Assembly (NCBI GenBank): GCA_963665115.1
Contig: OY762007.1
Span: forward strand, 2,080,001 to 2,144,000
Reading direction: 5' to 3'
Source of the DNA: an uncultured Rivularia sp.
Lineage (GTDB): Bacteria > Cyanobacteriota > Cyanobacteriia > Cyanobacteriales > Nostocaceae
DNA: 64,000 nt
Shown here: positions 63,588-64,000 of the stretch, piece after piece
How the letters are laid out: each line of letters begins with the position of its first letter
Position numbering within the stretch: position 1 is the stretch's first letter
Notes under the pieces: generated by a model
Databases searched by the model: none
The model's input: only the letters and a program-made list of their open reading frames with translations
What the model was told of the DNA's origin: nothing
Program-made: the position numbers and the translations under genes

Positions 63588-64000
63588 TTGATTAGTTGTC
63601 CTTACGTTACTTACTCTTTCAATATTAATTATTCGTTCAAGAGAATTAATCTACTAAAAGCATTAGAACACAATTAGTCTAAAGTAATAGTTTCTACAGT
63701 TTCTACTCACTCTTGTAAATTATGTCTATTTTTGAGCTATGGTAATTTATTTATTAAAAATTAACTAAAAATAAAAAAAATGGGTTGTGTAGACATTTTT
63801 AATTTAGCTAGTTTTACCTGTCTCAATTATTTCAATATCCCTGAGTACCGTTTTTTAAGAAACTATGAGTAGTTCAATATATAATACAGTGGTATTTTAT
63901 TTTGGCAGATTTGCGCCACTTGGGTTATATTGTTCAACCTATGCACAAAATCTCTCAAAGATTGTATCCGCTGTCTTGTTGCCTAAACACCAAAACCATA

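Overview
AT-rich chromosomal window from a heterocyst-group (Nostocales, Rivularia/Calothrix-like) cyanobacterium. This assignment rests on psaA-psaB, frequent HIP1 octamers (GCGATCGC) and 7-bp STRR tracts. Most genes are core or ordinary: GH65, Zn protease, GNAT-ruvX-DUF3727, kptA, Omp85, Ser/Thr kinase, psaAB, ubiA, ppx, chaC, ldcA, dnaK, dusB, ltrA, an MFS transporter and an RND adaptor. The accessory layer comprises: (1) a REP-associated tyrosine transposase (RAYT) with six copies of a candidate cognate REP, next to an orphan M.PvuII-like methyltransferase; (2) several other REP families, an IS5-like MITE, and ~45-bp hairpin elements nested inside other repeats; (3) a solo tnpB with an intact right end; (4) a minus-strand island with tandem Crp/Fnr genes, each followed by a GTACG-N4-CGTAC palindrome; (5) a 1235-aa membrane protein with exact 98-aa repeats; (6) four small ORFs missed by the ORF track. 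Seven genes, including psaA and psaB, each carry a single +1 insertion in a homopolymer, most likely assembly errors. I found no rRNA, tRNA or CRISPR array, and no clearly new multi-gene system is proven by the sequence alone.
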